Shown here: piece after piece, positions 42,729 through 52,896 of the stretch
How the letters are laid out: the number at the start of each line of letters is the position of its first letter
Position numbering within the stretch: the stretch's first letter is position 1
From: Pelagibacteraceae bacterium AG-337-I02
GTDB lineage: Bacteria; Pseudomonadota; Alphaproteobacteria; HIMB59; GCA-002718135
Reading direction: 5' to 3'
Length of the DNA: 64,000 nt
Assembly: GCA_003282155.1 (NCBI GenBank)
Contig: QBZY01000001.1
Span: 85,991-149,990, forward strand
The notes under the pieces: generated by a model
Told to the model about the DNA's origin: nothing
Seen by the model: the letters and a program-made list of their open reading frames with translations, nothing else
Databases searched by the model: none
Position numbers and translations under genes: made by a program

Positions 42729-43484
42729 TTAATCTCTGATGCTTATATTTTTATCTTTCAAGTATTGCTTTACTTCTTTTATGCTAATTTCATCAAAATG
42801 AAAGACTGAGGCTGCTAATAATGCATCAGCTTTGCCCTTAATTACACCTTCATAAAAATGATCAAGAGTTCCAACTCCGCCGCTAGCTATAACTGGTATT
42901 TTTAAAAATTCTGATACTTTACTTAGCAGTTCGTTATCAAAACCAGATTTTGTACCATCCCTATCCATTGATGTTAAAAGAATTTCACCCGCACCAAGTT
43001 TTTGAGCTTTTTCTATCCAGCTTAAAGCATGTAAATCAGTTTTATTCGTACCTCCATGAGAATAAACAAACCAATCATTATCATGTTTTTTTGCATCAAC
43101 AGCCACAACGATGCATTGGTTTCCAAAATATTCTGAAGCTTCTTTAATAATATTGGGATTTTTAATTGCTGCAGAATTTATAGACACTTTGTCAGCACCA
43201 GCTTTAAGTAAAGCTTGTATATTTTCTATTGTTGAAATTCCACCACCAACTGTAAGGGGAATAAAAACTTCATTTGCAGTCTTTTTAACTACATTTACCA
43301 TTGTGTCTCTATTTTCTAATGATGCGCTAATATCTAGGAAACATATTTCATCAGCGCCATTATCGGAATAATGTTTTGCTTGTTCAACAGGATCTCCTGC
43401 ATCAATTAAATTTAAAAAATTGATTCCTTTTACTACTCTTCCATCTTTAACATCTAAACATGGTATGATTCTTGTTTTTACCAT
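42729..43484 (-). CDS. hisF: Imidazole glycerol phosphate synthase, cyclase subunit
   Basis: [32 protein letters not shown]. Confidence 0.98.
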   Translation of the reverse strand: MVKTRIIPCLDVKDGRVVKGINFLNLIDAGDPVEQAKHYSDNGADEICFLDISASLENRDTMVNVVKKTANEVFIPLTVGGGISTIENIQALLKAGADKVSINSAAIKNPNIIKEASEYFGNQCIVVAVDAKKHDNDWFVYSHGGTNKTDLHALSWIEKAQKLGAGEILLTSMDRDGTKSGFDNELLSKVSEFLKIPVIASGGVGTLDHFYEGVIKGKADALLAASVFHFDEISIKEVKQYLKDKNISIRD

Positions 43485-43485
43485 T

Positions 43486-44226
43486 TTAGTTTAGAATTTT
43501 TTGAGCTTCTACTAAATCAATCTTACCCTCATAGAAAGATTTGCCTGATATTATTCCTTCAATGTTTTTAAGGTTAATTTTTTTTAGATTTATTAGATCA
43601 GAGTAATCTGTTAATCCCCCTGCAATAATAATTTTTTTACTGAATTCTTTTATTTGTTTTATTTTTTTTAGAAAATTATTAACAAAATTAAAATTTAAAC
43701 CTTTTAACATTCCGTCATTTTGAATATCTGTAATTACATATCCTTTAATTTTAGAACTGTTATAAATATCAAGAATATCTTGAATATTTTTACCTGAATT
43801 TTTGTCCCACCCTTTTATCATTACATTATCTTCAAGAATATCTAATGATATATAAACTTTATCATCATACTGATTTGATAAAGCTATAACTTCGTCTGGT
43901 TTTTCAACAGACATAGACCCAATAATCAAATTATTTATTCCAGCCTCAAAATATTTTTTTGCTAAATCTAAATTTCTAACCCCTCCACCTAATTGTATTG
44001 GTATTGAAATTGATTTTCTAATTTTTTTTATTGTTTCAAAATTAATATTTGATCTTCCAAATGCGGCGTCTAAGTCAATCAGATGTAATTTTTTACAACC
44101 AATTTGCTCAAAGTAGATAGCTTGTTTTTCTGGATCTTTGTTATAAATGACGCTAGAGCTATCTTTACCTTTAGACAATCTAACACATTTGTTATCTTTT
44201 AAATCAATGGCTGGTATAATTTGCAC
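43486..44226 (-). CDS. hisA: ProFAR isomerase
   Basis: IIPAIDL...CVRL, DLD, QLGGG, TDI..DG. Confidence 0.95.
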   Translation of the reverse strand: MQIIPAIDLKDNKCVRLSKGKDSSSVIYNKDPEKQAIYFEQIGCKKLHLIDLDAAFGRSNINFETIKKIRKSISIPIQLGGGVRNLDLAKKYFEAGINNLIIGSMSVEKPDEVIALSNQYDDKVYISLDILEDNVMIKGWDKNSGKNIQDILDIYNSSKIKGYVITDIQNDGMLKGLNFNFVNNFLKKIKQIKEFSKKIIIAGGLTDYSDLINLKKINLKNIEGIISGKSFYEGKIDLVEAQKILN

Positions 44227-44768
44227 TATAGATTTTTATAGTAATAATAACCTTTAATAAAGCCACCGTTAATATAAGCATAATATGGATTTTCACCCCA
44301 CTTGCTATAATTTTTGCTAGTAAAAAGCTTAATTGCTGCGTCTTGAGTTTCTCTTACTGCTAATTGTAAGGATTTAATATTGTCTTCTTTTGCAATTTGT
44401 TCAGTGTGGTCAATCATTGTTTTAGCCAAACCATAACCTCTTGCCCATGGAGCAACAAATTGTCTTCTTATTCGTGCAATATTTTTCCTAGACTCAATAT
44501 TGGGGGCCTCATACGCAAGTTGAAGAGTTCCAGCTATAACGCCGTTAAGTCTTCCAACAATAAGCTTTATATATTTGTCATTAGTTCTTTTAGTCCAATA
44601 ATCTATTAGTATATCTCTTGTTGGAACTCTTAACCAACCAAAACCTCCTCCAGCCTTGATTGCTTGTTCAGTGATGTTACAAAGATCTGCCAAATCTACT
44701 TCTGTGAGCGTTTCAATGTTATCTACTGAAATATTAATTTTTTCTTTTATTTGTGTAGTTATGTTCAT
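44226..44768 (-). CDS. GNAT-family acetyltransferase
   Basis: FVAPWARGYGLA acetyl-CoA motif; GGGFGW; V.ETQ.AA. Confidence 0.88.
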   Translation of the reverse strand: MNITTQIKEKINISVDNIETLTEVDLADLCNITEQAIKAGGGFGWLRVPTRDILIDYWTKRTNDKYIKLIVGRLNGVIAGTLQLAYEAPNIESRKNIARIRRQFVAPWARGYGLAKTMIDHTEQIAKEDNIKSLQLAVRETQDAAIKLFTSKNYSKWGENPYYAYINGGFIKGYYYYKNL

Positions 44769-45394
44769 ATACTTATAAATTCTTTTAATAAGTTTAATCC
44801 CTGGGAGGAACTTTTTTCAGGATGAAACTGAACGCCATATATATTTTCTTTTCCAACTATTGAAGCAAAATTTATTCCATACTTAGTTTCCGCCAAAATA
44901 TTGTCTTTATTAGCACAATCAAAGTAATAAGAGTGAACAAAGTAATAATCATTTTTAGATGAGATTAAGTTATTATGTTTCGAATTTGTCAGTTTAACCA
45001 AGTTCCACCCCATATGAGGGAGTTTTAAATTGTCTCCAGGCAATACTTTAATTTTACCATCTATCCAACCTAAGCCTTCATGAACTCCGTTTTCTTCACT
45101 CAACTTAGCTAACATTTGCATACCAACACATATTCCTAAAAATGGTTTTTTTTTTACTAATGCAAACTCACAAAGCTCGTCTATCAAGCCATCAGTTTTT
45201 TTTAAACCATTCATACATGTAGAAAAGGCTCCCTGACCTGGTAATACAATATGGGTTGAGTTCTTTACATCATTAATTTTTTTTGAAATTAATACATCAA
45301 CCTCAATATTATTATCTTTTGCTATTTTAATAAAAGATTTTTGTGCTGACAAAACATTGCCTGAGCCGTAATCGACAATAGTTATCTTTTTCAT
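44765..45394 (-). CDS. hisH: Imidazole glycerol phosphate synthase, glutaminase subunit
   Basis: DYGSGN, PGQG, GICVGMQ, PHMGWN, QFHPEKS. Confidence 0.97.
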   Translation of the reverse strand: MKKITIVDYGSGNVLSAQKSFIKIAKDNNIEVDVLISKKINDVKNSTHIVLPGQGAFSTCMNGLKKTDGLIDELCEFALVKKKPFLGICVGMQMLAKLSEENGVHEGLGWIDGKIKVLPGDNLKLPHMGWNLVKLTNSKHNNLISSKNDYYFVHSYYFDCANKDNILAETKYGINFASIVGKENIYGVQFHPEKSSSQGLNLLKEFISI

Positions 45395-45400
45395 TAAAAA

Positions 45401-45988
45401 TTAGAGAGTACCTTTTGATGATGGTATGTTATCTCTTCTTCTGTTATCTATTTCGACTGCAAATCTTATACTTTTAGCAAAGGCCTTAAAGCATGATTCA
45501 ATAATATGATGATTATTTTTTCCATACAAGTTTTCAATATGTAAATTACATTTTGATTCGTTTGAAAAGGCTTTAAAAAATTCATGGAATAACTCTGTAT
45601 CCATTTCGCCAATTTTTTTTAAACCAAGATTAACATTCCACACAAGCTCTGGCCTTCCACTTAAATCAATAACACATCTTGATAAGCATTCATCCATCGG
45701 AACATATGAAAAACCATATCTATTTATTCCTTTCTTATCATCTAGTGCTTTGTTTATAGCTAAAGCAATTGCGTAAGCAGTATCTTCAACAGAGTGGTGA
45801 AGATCAACATTAGTGTCACCTTCACATTTTAAATCTATATCTATTAAACTGTGATGAGATAATAATTCCAGCATATGATCAAAAAATCCAATTTGTGTAG
45901 AAATTTTAGATTGACCAATGCCATCTAAGTTAACTTCACAGCTTATCTTGGTTTCTTTAGTGTTTCTTTCAATCTTACCTTTTCGCAT
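45401..45988 (-). CDS. hisB: Imidazoleglycerol-phosphate dehydratase
   Basis: R.TKET, FFDHML, HHSVED, PMDE, NNHHIIES.FKA. Confidence 0.97.
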   Translation of the reverse strand: MRKGKIERNTKETKISCEVNLDGIGQSKISTQIGFFDHMLELLSHHSLIDIDLKCEGDTNVDLHHSVEDTAYAIALAINKALDDKKGINRYGFSYVPMDECLSRCVIDLSGRPELVWNVNLGLKKIGEMDTELFHEFFKAFSNESKCNLHIENLYGKNNHHIIESCFKAFAKSIRFAVEIDNRRRDNIPSSKGTL

Positions 45989-46032
45989 TTTTGCCTAATA
46001 TCAGTGAAATCTGATTTATTCTAGGTAAATTA

Positions 46033-46060
46033 CTTGATAAAAATAATTAAATAGCCATCT
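46033..46060 (+). promoter_or_regulatory. Probable RpoH promoter of hslVU
   Basis: CTTGAT-N14-AGCCATCT, 10 nt upstream of hslV; same spacing as the ibpA promoter. Confidence 0.55.
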
Positions 46061-46069
46061 TATGAATGA

Positions 46070-46618
46070 ATGAAAAAAAATATTATTAAATCCACAACAA
46101 TCGTAGGAATTAGAAAAGACAAACTTGTTGTAATTGCGGGTGATGGTCAGGCTAGTCTTGGTAATACCGTGATGAAATCAAATGTTAAAAAAATTAGAAG
46201 ACTTGGTGCTGATGAAACAGTTATATCTGGTTTTGCGGGATCTACAGCAGATGCGTTCGCTTTATTTGAAAGATTAGAGGGAAAGTTAGATCAATATAAG
46301 AACCAACTTAAAAGAGCGTGTGTAGAATTAGCTAAAGATTGGAGAACAGATAGATATCTAAGAAGATTGGAAGCGATGATGATCGTAGCTGATAAAGATG
46401 TAAGTTTGTTGTTATCAGGTACTGGTGATGTAATTGAATCTGATGATGGAATACTTGCAATAGGTTCTGGAGGTCCATACGCAAATAGTGCTGCTAAAGC
46501 ATTGATGAAAAACACTAAAATGAATGCAAAAGAAATTGCTTTAGAATCTCTTAACATAGCTGCAGATATTTGTATTTATACAAACCATAATATTATTTCA
46601 GAAACTATTGAGCTGTAG
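46070..46618 (+). CDS. hslV: ATP-dependent protease subunit HslV
   Basis: TTI N-terminal nucleophile, [25 protein letters not shown]. Confidence 0.97.
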   Translation: MKKNIIKSTTIVGIRKDKLVVIAGDGQASLGNTVMKSNVKKIRRLGADETVISGFAGSTADAFALFERLEGKLDQYKNQLKRACVELAKDWRTDRYLRRLEAMMIVADKDVSLLLSGTGDVIESDDGILAIGSGGPYANSAAKALMKNTKMNAKEIALESLNIAADICIYTNHNIISETIEL

Positions 46619-46619
46619 A

Positions 46620-47933
46620 ATGGAATCCAGTTTTAGCCCAAGGGAAATTGTTTCTGAATTAGATAAATTTATCATTGGTCAGAATAAAGCAAAAAAGGCC
46701 GTTGCAGTTGCCTTAAGAAATAGATGGAGAAGAAAACAACTTGATGATTCTTTAAAAGAGGAAATTGTACCAAAAAATATTTTAATGGTTGGTCCAACAG
46801 GTTGCGGCAAAACAGAAATATCTAGAAGGCTTGCTAAGTTAGCAAACGCACCTTTTGTAAAAGTTGAAGCGACTAAGTTTACAGAAGTTGGATATGTTGG
46901 AAGAGATGTTGAGCAAATAATAAGAGATCTGGTTGAAATAAGTATAACAAAAACAAAAATTCAAATGGGTCAAGAGGTGAAGGCAAAAGCAGAAAAAAAT
47001 GCAGAAGAAAGAATTTTAGATGTTTTAGTTTCTAAAAGTTCAACACCAGCTACTCGAGATAATTTTAGGAAAAAACTAAGATCAGGTGAACTAAATGATA
47101 ATGAGGTTGAAATTCCAGTTTCAGCTAATGCAAATTTAAGTTTACCAACTATGGATATACCTGGAATGCCTGGTTCTCAAATGGGCATGATTAATTTAGG
47201 TGATGTATTTGGAAAAGGTTTTGGCAATCAAAAGAAAATGAAAAAAATGAGTGTTAAAGATTCGCATGCTTATTTATTAAACGAAGAAACTGACAAGCTT
47301 CTAGATAAAGATAAAATAAACTCAAGAGCATTGGATGATGTAGAGCAAAATGGTATCGTTTTTATAGATGAAATAGATAAAATTACTTCTAGAGCTGATA
47401 GAAGTGGTGCAGATGTTTCAAGAGAAGGTGTTCAAAGAGATTTATTACCACTTATTGAGGGAACCGCGGTTACTACAAAATATGGTGTTGTAAAAACAGA
47501 TTATGTTTTGTTCATTGCCTCTGGGGCATTTCACTTATCAAAACCATCAGACATGCTCCCTGAGCTCCAAGGTAGATTACCAATTAGAGTCGAGCTTGAT
47601 AGTCTTAGTAAAAAAGATTTTAAACTTATTCTTACTGAAACACAAAATAGTTTGATTAAGCAGTATCAAGGACTTCTTGGTACAGAGAAAGTTGATTTGA
47701 AGTTTGAAGAAGATGGAATTGATACAATCGCTTCTTTATCTACAGAGATAAATCAGAACGTAGAAAATATAGGTGCCAGAAGGCTCCATACTGTAATGGA
47801 AAAACTACTTGAAGAGGTTAGTTATACAGCCTCAGATATAGGCCCAACAGAAATAATCATTAACAAGCAATACGTTGAAAACAGCTTAGGAGAACTTATT
47901 AAAAGTCAGGACTTATCAAAGTTTATACTGTAA
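46620..47933 (+). CDS. hslU: ATP-dependent protease ATPase HslU
   Basis: [30 protein letters not shown]; start set at ATG 46620. Confidence 0.97.
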   Translation: MESSFSPREIVSELDKFIIGQNKAKKAVAVALRNRWRRKQLDDSLKEEIVPKNILMVGPTGCGKTEISRRLAKLANAPFVKVEATKFTEVGYVGRDVEQIIRDLVEISITKTKIQMGQEVKAKAEKNAEERILDVLVSKSSTPATRDNFRKKLRSGELNDNEVEIPVSANANLSLPTMDIPGMPGSQMGMINLGDVFGKGFGNQKKMKKMSVKDSHAYLLNEETDKLLDKDKINSRALDDVEQNGIVFIDEIDKITSRADRSGADVSREGVQRDLLPLIEGTAVTTKYGVVKTDYVLFIASGAFHLSKPSDMLPELQGRLPIRVELDSLSKKDFKLILTETQNSLIKQYQGLLGTEKVDLKFEEDGIDTIASLSTEINQNVENIGARRLHTVMEKLLEEVSYTASDIGPTEIIINKQYVENSLGELIKSQDLSKFIL

Positions 47934-47962
47934 AACTCATTTAATTTTTTAAGAATTATAAA

Positions 47963-49297
47963 ATGAGTCTTTTTAAAAAAATAAGAATTGAACTGCTTGT
48001 TCTTTTAATGGTATCTTTAAATGTTTTCATTTCATTTAATTTAGATTTAGGACTGTATAATTATTTTAAAGATTTTAATAAAAGTATTAATAGTGTTTAT
48101 TTAAAAGAATTTTTTGTAGAAATAACAAGGTTAGGGAGCTCGTCTTGGTATTTTGCGATTTCTGTTATTGGATTTGGTATTGTTTATTTAAACAATAGAT
48201 TAGAATTTATAAAAAATGAGGAACAAAAAAATATAAGTAATTATTTTATATCATCTTTTTTTTATATTTTGGTAGTTGGAATTGTAACACAGGTTTTGAA
48301 GCATATTGTTGGTAGACCAAGACCCAATCACGCAAATTTTGAGGACTCTTTTGGTTTTAATTTTTTTACTTTCGACTCAAATTTTCATTCATTTCCTTCA
48401 GGCCATTCCTCAACCATATTCATAGTTTGTTTTATTCTTGTTGCCACTTTTCCAAAACTAAAATATTTTTTTTATTTTTTAGCATCTATTATTGCTTTGA
48501 GCAGAGTCGTTGTTGGTGCTCACTTTTTTACTGATATTGTTGCTGGTGCTATATTGGCACTTATATCTTTTAAAATTATAAATACAATCTTAGAGAAGAA
48601 ATACGCCCAATATAAATTTTCAAATTTATTGTCTAAAAAAAATTCAGAAATTTATAGTTATGTAATTTTTCTGGCAATTAGTTGTGTATTTATTACTTCA
48701 GGTCCATCTATAGATTTGTACATTTCAGGTTTATTTTATTATGGAACTTCACAGTTTGCTTTACAAAGTTTAGATTTAACCTCGATATTGTTTCGAGATA
48801 TTTTATTACCACTAATACTTATTTATATATTAATTTTACCAATAATTGGACGTTTCACTAAAATTGATAAATTTTTTTTTAGTTATAGATTTTCTATCAA
48901 CGAAATAATGTTGTTATGGGGTTCTCAAATTATTGGAGTGTTAATTTTTGTAAACCTAATACTTAAAAATTCATGGGGCAGGGCTAGACCAAATGATATT
49001 TTACAATTTGGTGGAAAAGAAACTTTTTCACCATGGTTTGAAATAAGCAAAGCTTGCGAAACAAATTGCTCTTTTGTTTCAGGCGATGCTTCTGTTGGGT
49101 TTTCAATTATAATTCTATATTTAATTACTAAAAAAATAATTTTTCTCTATGCAAGCGCTGTTGCTGGTTTAGTACTAGGTTTAATTAGAATAATGGCTGG
49201 TGGTCATTTCTTAAGTGATATTTTTTTTGCTGGTTTTTTAATTGTAATTTTAAATATAATTTTATTTAAATTATATAAAAAATATTATGCTAAATAA
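47963..49297 (+). CDS. Tandem two-domain PAP2 membrane phosphatase (LpxE-like plus LpxF-like)
   Basis: Domain 1: KHIVGRPRP / SFPSGH / SRVVVGAHFFTD. Domain 2: KNSWGRARP / SFVSGD / RIMAGGHFLSD. Confidence 0.85.
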   Translation: MSLFKKIRIELLVLLMVSLNVFISFNLDLGLYNYFKDFNKSINSVYLKEFFVEITRLGSSSWYFAISVIGFGIVYLNNRLEFIKNEEQKNISNYFISSFFYILVVGIVTQVLKHIVGRPRPNHANFEDSFGFNFFTFDSNFHSFPSGHSSTIFIVCFILVATFPKLKYFFYFLASIIALSRVVVGAHFFTDIVAGAILALISFKIINTILEKKYAQYKFSNLLSKKNSEIYSYVIFLAISCVFITSGPSIDLYISGLFYYGTSQFALQSLDLTSILFRDILLPLILIYILILPIIGRFTKIDKFFFSYRFSINEIMLLWGSQIIGVLIFVNLILKNSWGRARPNDILQFGGKETFSPWFEISKACETNCSFVSGDASVGFSIIILYLITKKIIFLYASAVAGLVLGLIRIMAGGHFLSDIFFAGFLIVILNIILFKLYKKYYAK

Positions 49298-50672
49298 AAT
49301 TTTACTGCCATCATTTGTTGTTTTACTTTTATTAAAAATAAGTGCTTTAAATTTTACTACTTTTAATTTGTTTGGCGATGAAGCACAGTATTGGTTATGG
49401 TCAAAAGATATTGACTTTGGTTATTATTCGAAGCCTCCTTTTTTGTCCTGGATAATAAGAGTTTATACTGAAATATTAGGTAGTAGTTTTGTTTCATTAA
49501 AACTTCTGCCATCATTTGTCTATTTATTGATAGCCTGGAGTGTTTATAATCTTTTATTTAACTCAGGACTAAATAAAAAAGATTCATTTGCGGGTTGTTT
49601 AATTTTTTTATTTATACCCGCTGTTTCTTTTTCATCTTTTATAATTAGTACTGATCTTTTTTTATTATTATTTTGGACACTTTCACTTAATGAATTAATT
49701 AAGATCAATAGAGAACAAAGTTTAAAAAATTTTATATTATTAGGTATTTTTCTGGGGCTAAGTTTTTTGTCAAAATACGCAACTATATATTTTATAATTT
49801 GTTTATTGGTTTTAATTTTATTTGATAAAAGATTTAGAAAAATTTTTTTTGATAATTTATTAGGTTTTAGTCTTACTTTTTTATGTGTATTTATAATTGT
49901 TGTACCAAATATTATTTGGAATTTTAACAATGACTGGATAACACTAAAGCATACTACGGATAATGCGAATTTTGGAAATATTGAAATAGATCTCATTAGG
50001 GGTTTAGAATTTTTGTTAGTTCAAATTATAATGTTAGGTCCATTTATAGTTTTAGGTGGGTTATTTGGATTTAATAAACGTAACTATATTCAAAAAATTT
50101 TTCTAATATTTTCTATGCCTATAATTTTAATTGTTTTTGTAGAAGCTATTATTGTCAGAGCTAATGCAAATTGGGCTGCTCCAGCTTTAATTTCTTTGTT
50201 TGCTCTTTTATATATTAGAATTAATAATTCTTTTTTAAAAATGGCTAATTACATATTTAATTTTATTTTCTGCTTTATTCTTTTTGTAATGATTGGAATG
50301 AGCTATCCGTCAAAAATTTTTAACCGAATAAGCGGTATAAATGATTATGCTTTAAAAATTTACAGTAGTTCTTCAGATGGTGTCGTAAAAAATATAGTAG
50401 TTTCAGATCGGCTATTATTTTCAAGCCTTAATTTTGAATTAAGAGATAAGGATATTAATTTCTATATGCCGCATAAAGAAGGGGATGAAATAACAAACCA
50501 CTTTAAAATAGTGTCTCCTCTTAGTAGAAATATAAATAAAAACTTTACTTTAATTGGGAGCCCCTCAGATATAAATTATTTAGAGAATGAATATATGGTG
50601 CTAAAAATAAATTCACCTGATCAGAAATTTATAAAAAGAAAACTTGATGTTTACGAGGTTATCTTTGAATAA
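49287..50672 (+). CDS. ArnT/PMT-family (GT-C) glycosyltransferase
   Basis: DEAQYWLWS...FGYYSKPP, many TM helices, LSKY, PN.IWN, ANWAAP. Confidence 0.88.
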   Translation: MLNKILLPSFVVLLLLKISALNFTTFNLFGDEAQYWLWSKDIDFGYYSKPPFLSWIIRVYTEILGSSFVSLKLLPSFVYLLIAWSVYNLLFNSGLNKKDSFAGCLIFLFIPAVSFSSFIISTDLFLLLFWTLSLNELIKINREQSLKNFILLGIFLGLSFLSKYATIYFIICLLVLILFDKRFRKIFFDNLLGFSLTFLCVFIIVVPNIIWNFNNDWITLKHTTDNANFGNIEIDLIRGLEFLLVQIIMLGPFIVLGGLFGFNKRNYIQKIFLIFSMPIILIVFVEAIIVRANANWAAPALISLFALLYIRINNSFLKMANYIFNFIFCFILFVMIGMSYPSKIFNRISGINDYALKIYSSSSDGVVKNIVVSDRLLFSSLNFELRDKDINFYMPHKEGDEITNHFKIVSPLSRNINKNFTLIGSPSDINYLENEYMVLKINSPDQKFIKRKLDVYEVIFE

Positions 50673-51318
50673 ATTTCTATTTTTTTTTATTATATTTGTA
50701 ATTAATACTTCGTGTGCAAATAATTTTAGTGCAGAATATAAGGTCAGCACAACAGGAATTAAAATTGGTAATTTTAGTTGGTCATTAAATATTAATGATA
50801 ATATCTATCAAACAGAAATTAATTTAAAAAATTCTGGCATTTTTTCACCCTTATATAAATTTGAAGGAAGCTATCTTTCAATTGGGGTTATTGAAAACGG
50901 TATATTTAAGACTCAGAATTATAAACAATTTTGGAAAACGAATAAGAAAACAAAAATAGTTAAAATGTCTTTTGATGATTATTTAATTGAATTAAAACAA
51001 GAACCAATAGAAGAAGAAATAGCTAGAGTAAACCTAAAAAACTTATATTTTTATTTTGACCCAATCACCTCTTTTATCAATATTTTAAATGGGGAAGATG
51101 AGGCAAAAACTATTGATGGAAGAAGAATTTATAAATTAAAAAAAAATGAAGTTGAGAATGGAAATATAATTTTAATAATTGAAGACTACACAAATATTTG
51201 GGCTGATCATAAAAGAAATGATTTAAAAAAAATTGAATTTTTTATTGAAAAAGATTTTCTTCCATATGAAATTCTTATTCATTTTAAAGAAAGAATCTTT
51301 AAGCTAGAAAGAATTTAA
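50644..51318 (+). CDS. Exported beta-rich protein, DUF3108-like
   Basis: Signal peptide, Y.V...GIKIG, DPITS, DGRR.Y. Confidence 0.6.
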   Translation: MMFTRLSLNKFLFFFIIFVINTSCANNFSAEYKVSTTGIKIGNFSWSLNINDNIYQTEINLKNSGIFSPLYKFEGSYLSIGVIENGIFKTQNYKQFWKTNKKTKIVKMSFDDYLIELKQEPIEEEIARVNLKNLYFYFDPITSFINILNGEDEAKTIDGRRIYKLKKNEVENGNIILIIEDYTNIWADHKRNDLKKIEFFIEKDFLPYEILIHFKERIFKLERI

Positions 51319-51854
51319 AGTTTTCTTTTTCTTAAATAAACAAAAAGAGCTCCGTCCCCCCCATGTTCAAAACCTGCGTCTTGATATGTTAAGATATATT
51401 TCTTAAGATCGTCTTCGTTTATCCAGTTTATTATTGAGTTTTTAATCTTTCCATAGAAAAGTTTGGGGTTTGCATCTTGCTTATTTTCAGTTTTTTTATG
51501 AACTCCCTTTCCAGTAATTATAAGCAAGCATCTTTTGTTCTTGTTATAATTTTTTTTAACTTCAATTATAAATTTTTCATATGCTTCGACTAAACCGTAT
51601 CCATGAAGATCAATTCTTCTATCTATATTAATTTTTCCCCTCTTAAGCTCCTTGTTAAACTCACCAAAGGTTAAATTAAATTCTGAACTACTAACTTTGT
51701 GTTCGGTTATTATTTGTTTAATGGTATTTTTAGTGTTAGCTTTTTTATCTAATTTTATATTTTTTTTATTGATTGTTTTTTTTTTAATTGTTGAAGTATC
51801 TTTTTTAAAAGGCTTTACTCCTTTCATTTTTTTTAAAAAAAAATCTTCTTCCAT
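51315..51854 (-). CDS. Smr/MutS2-domain protein
   Basis: IDLHG, LIITGKG, HGGDGALFVYLR. Confidence 0.92.
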   Translation of the reverse strand: MEEDFFLKKMKGVKPFKKDTSTIKKKTINKKNIKLDKKANTKNTIKQIITEHKVSSSEFNLTFGEFNKELKRGKINIDRRIDLHGYGLVEAYEKFIIEVKKNYNKNKRCLLIITGKGVHKKTENKQDANPKLFYGKIKNSIINWINEDDLKKYILTYQDAGFEHGGDGALFVYLRKRKL

Positions 51855-52282
51855 TATTTTCTAGTGTAGTTTTTAATCAAATTTTTTACTCTTTCAGGGG
51901 TTTGTAAATACCACAAGCTGTCTAGCATCTCTAGTGATGCCATAAATTTTTGTTTTTTATTTAGAAAATAAAGCATTTTTTTAAACTTAGAGACACCCTT
52001 CTCTCCAAGCTGAAACAGCATTTCTATTAATAATTCTTTTTCTGAAGTTGTGTGCTGTTTCTGAAAAAAATTTTCTTTGTATTGATTGTGTGCCTTTTTA
52101 AAATCTATTTCAAACACTTTTTCAAAATGGTTTTTTTTGTATTTCTTTATATGATAATTATTCTCATTTTTTGTGATGAGGTGCCCATAACCAATTGTAT
52201 ATAATCCTAATTGATCTTTATAAGGTTTATGTGAATAACCTTCGTTTTTTTTAATCCGATATTTAAGTTTTTTAAAAGACAA
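51854..52282 (-). CDS. T4-type (GH24-like) lysozyme
   Basis: NEG.....YKD.LG.YTIGYGH gives the E-x8-D-x5-T triad; M.FQLG, FKKM, S.W..QTP.R. Confidence 0.85.
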   Translation of the reverse strand: MSFKKLKYRIKKNEGYSHKPYKDQLGLYTIGYGHLITKNENNYHIKKYKKNHFEKVFEIDFKKAHNQYKENFFQKQHTTSEKELLIEMLFQLGEKGVSKFKKMLYFLNKKQKFMASLEMLDSLWYLQTPERVKNLIKNYTRK

Positions 52283-52285
52283 ATA

Positions 52286-52867
52286 TTAAGTTTGGGTTAA
52301 TATCCATATAGGGCTCGAAGAGTTTACAGGTTTTTCAAAAGTCCAAGTGTCTTTATTTTTAACTATAGAACCCTCATCATTGTTTAACATCTGTTCACTA
52401 ATAAAATTGACCGATATTGATATTGTGTTGTTTTCTACTTTTGCATCTGAAATACCTTCTACAATAAGTGAATAAAATTGAGATTCTGGATTGTTTGTTT
52501 TTTCATCAATTGCTTTTTCAAAAGCAGAATAAACATCCTTAGACACAAGATTTTTAAGTGTTTTCTTATCTCCGTTGTTAAAAGATGAAATTATAATTTC
52601 AAATGCTTTCTTGGCACCATCAAGGAACTCTCTGTGGTTAAAATTATTTATTTTTTTATATACAACTTCAAGCTTTGTCTCATTGTCCATTAGTGCTGGT
52701 ATTTTTTGAACATCTTCTTGTTTTTTGGTTTCTTGAGGTTTTGGATCTGAAATATTTTTTTGAAATCCTGTTCTTTTCCCAAGAACACTTCTTAATCTAT
52801 AAATAATAAATCCAGCAATAGCTGCAAAAATTAAAATATCAAAAAACTGAAGATCGCCGTAAATCAT
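52286..52867 (-). CDS. Tim44/TimA-family adaptor
   Basis: N-terminal TM, RLRSVLGKRTG, FLDGAKKAFE, F.SEQ, D.WTF, W.L. Confidence 0.9.
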   Translation of the reverse strand: MIYGDLQFFDILIFAAIAGFIIYRLRSVLGKRTGFQKNISDPKPQETKKQEDVQKIPALMDNETKLEVVYKKINNFNHREFLDGAKKAFEIIISSFNNGDKKTLKNLVSKDVYSAFEKAIDEKTNNPESQFYSLIVEGISDAKVENNTISISVNFISEQMLNNDEGSIVKNKDTWTFEKPVNSSSPIWILTQT

Positions 52868-52896
52868 CTAATTTTATATAATAACTTTTTTAAATA

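Noticed and set aside
51854-52282. Prophage remnant around the lysozyme
   Set aside because: No holin, integrase, structural genes or att repeats; flanks are core genes.
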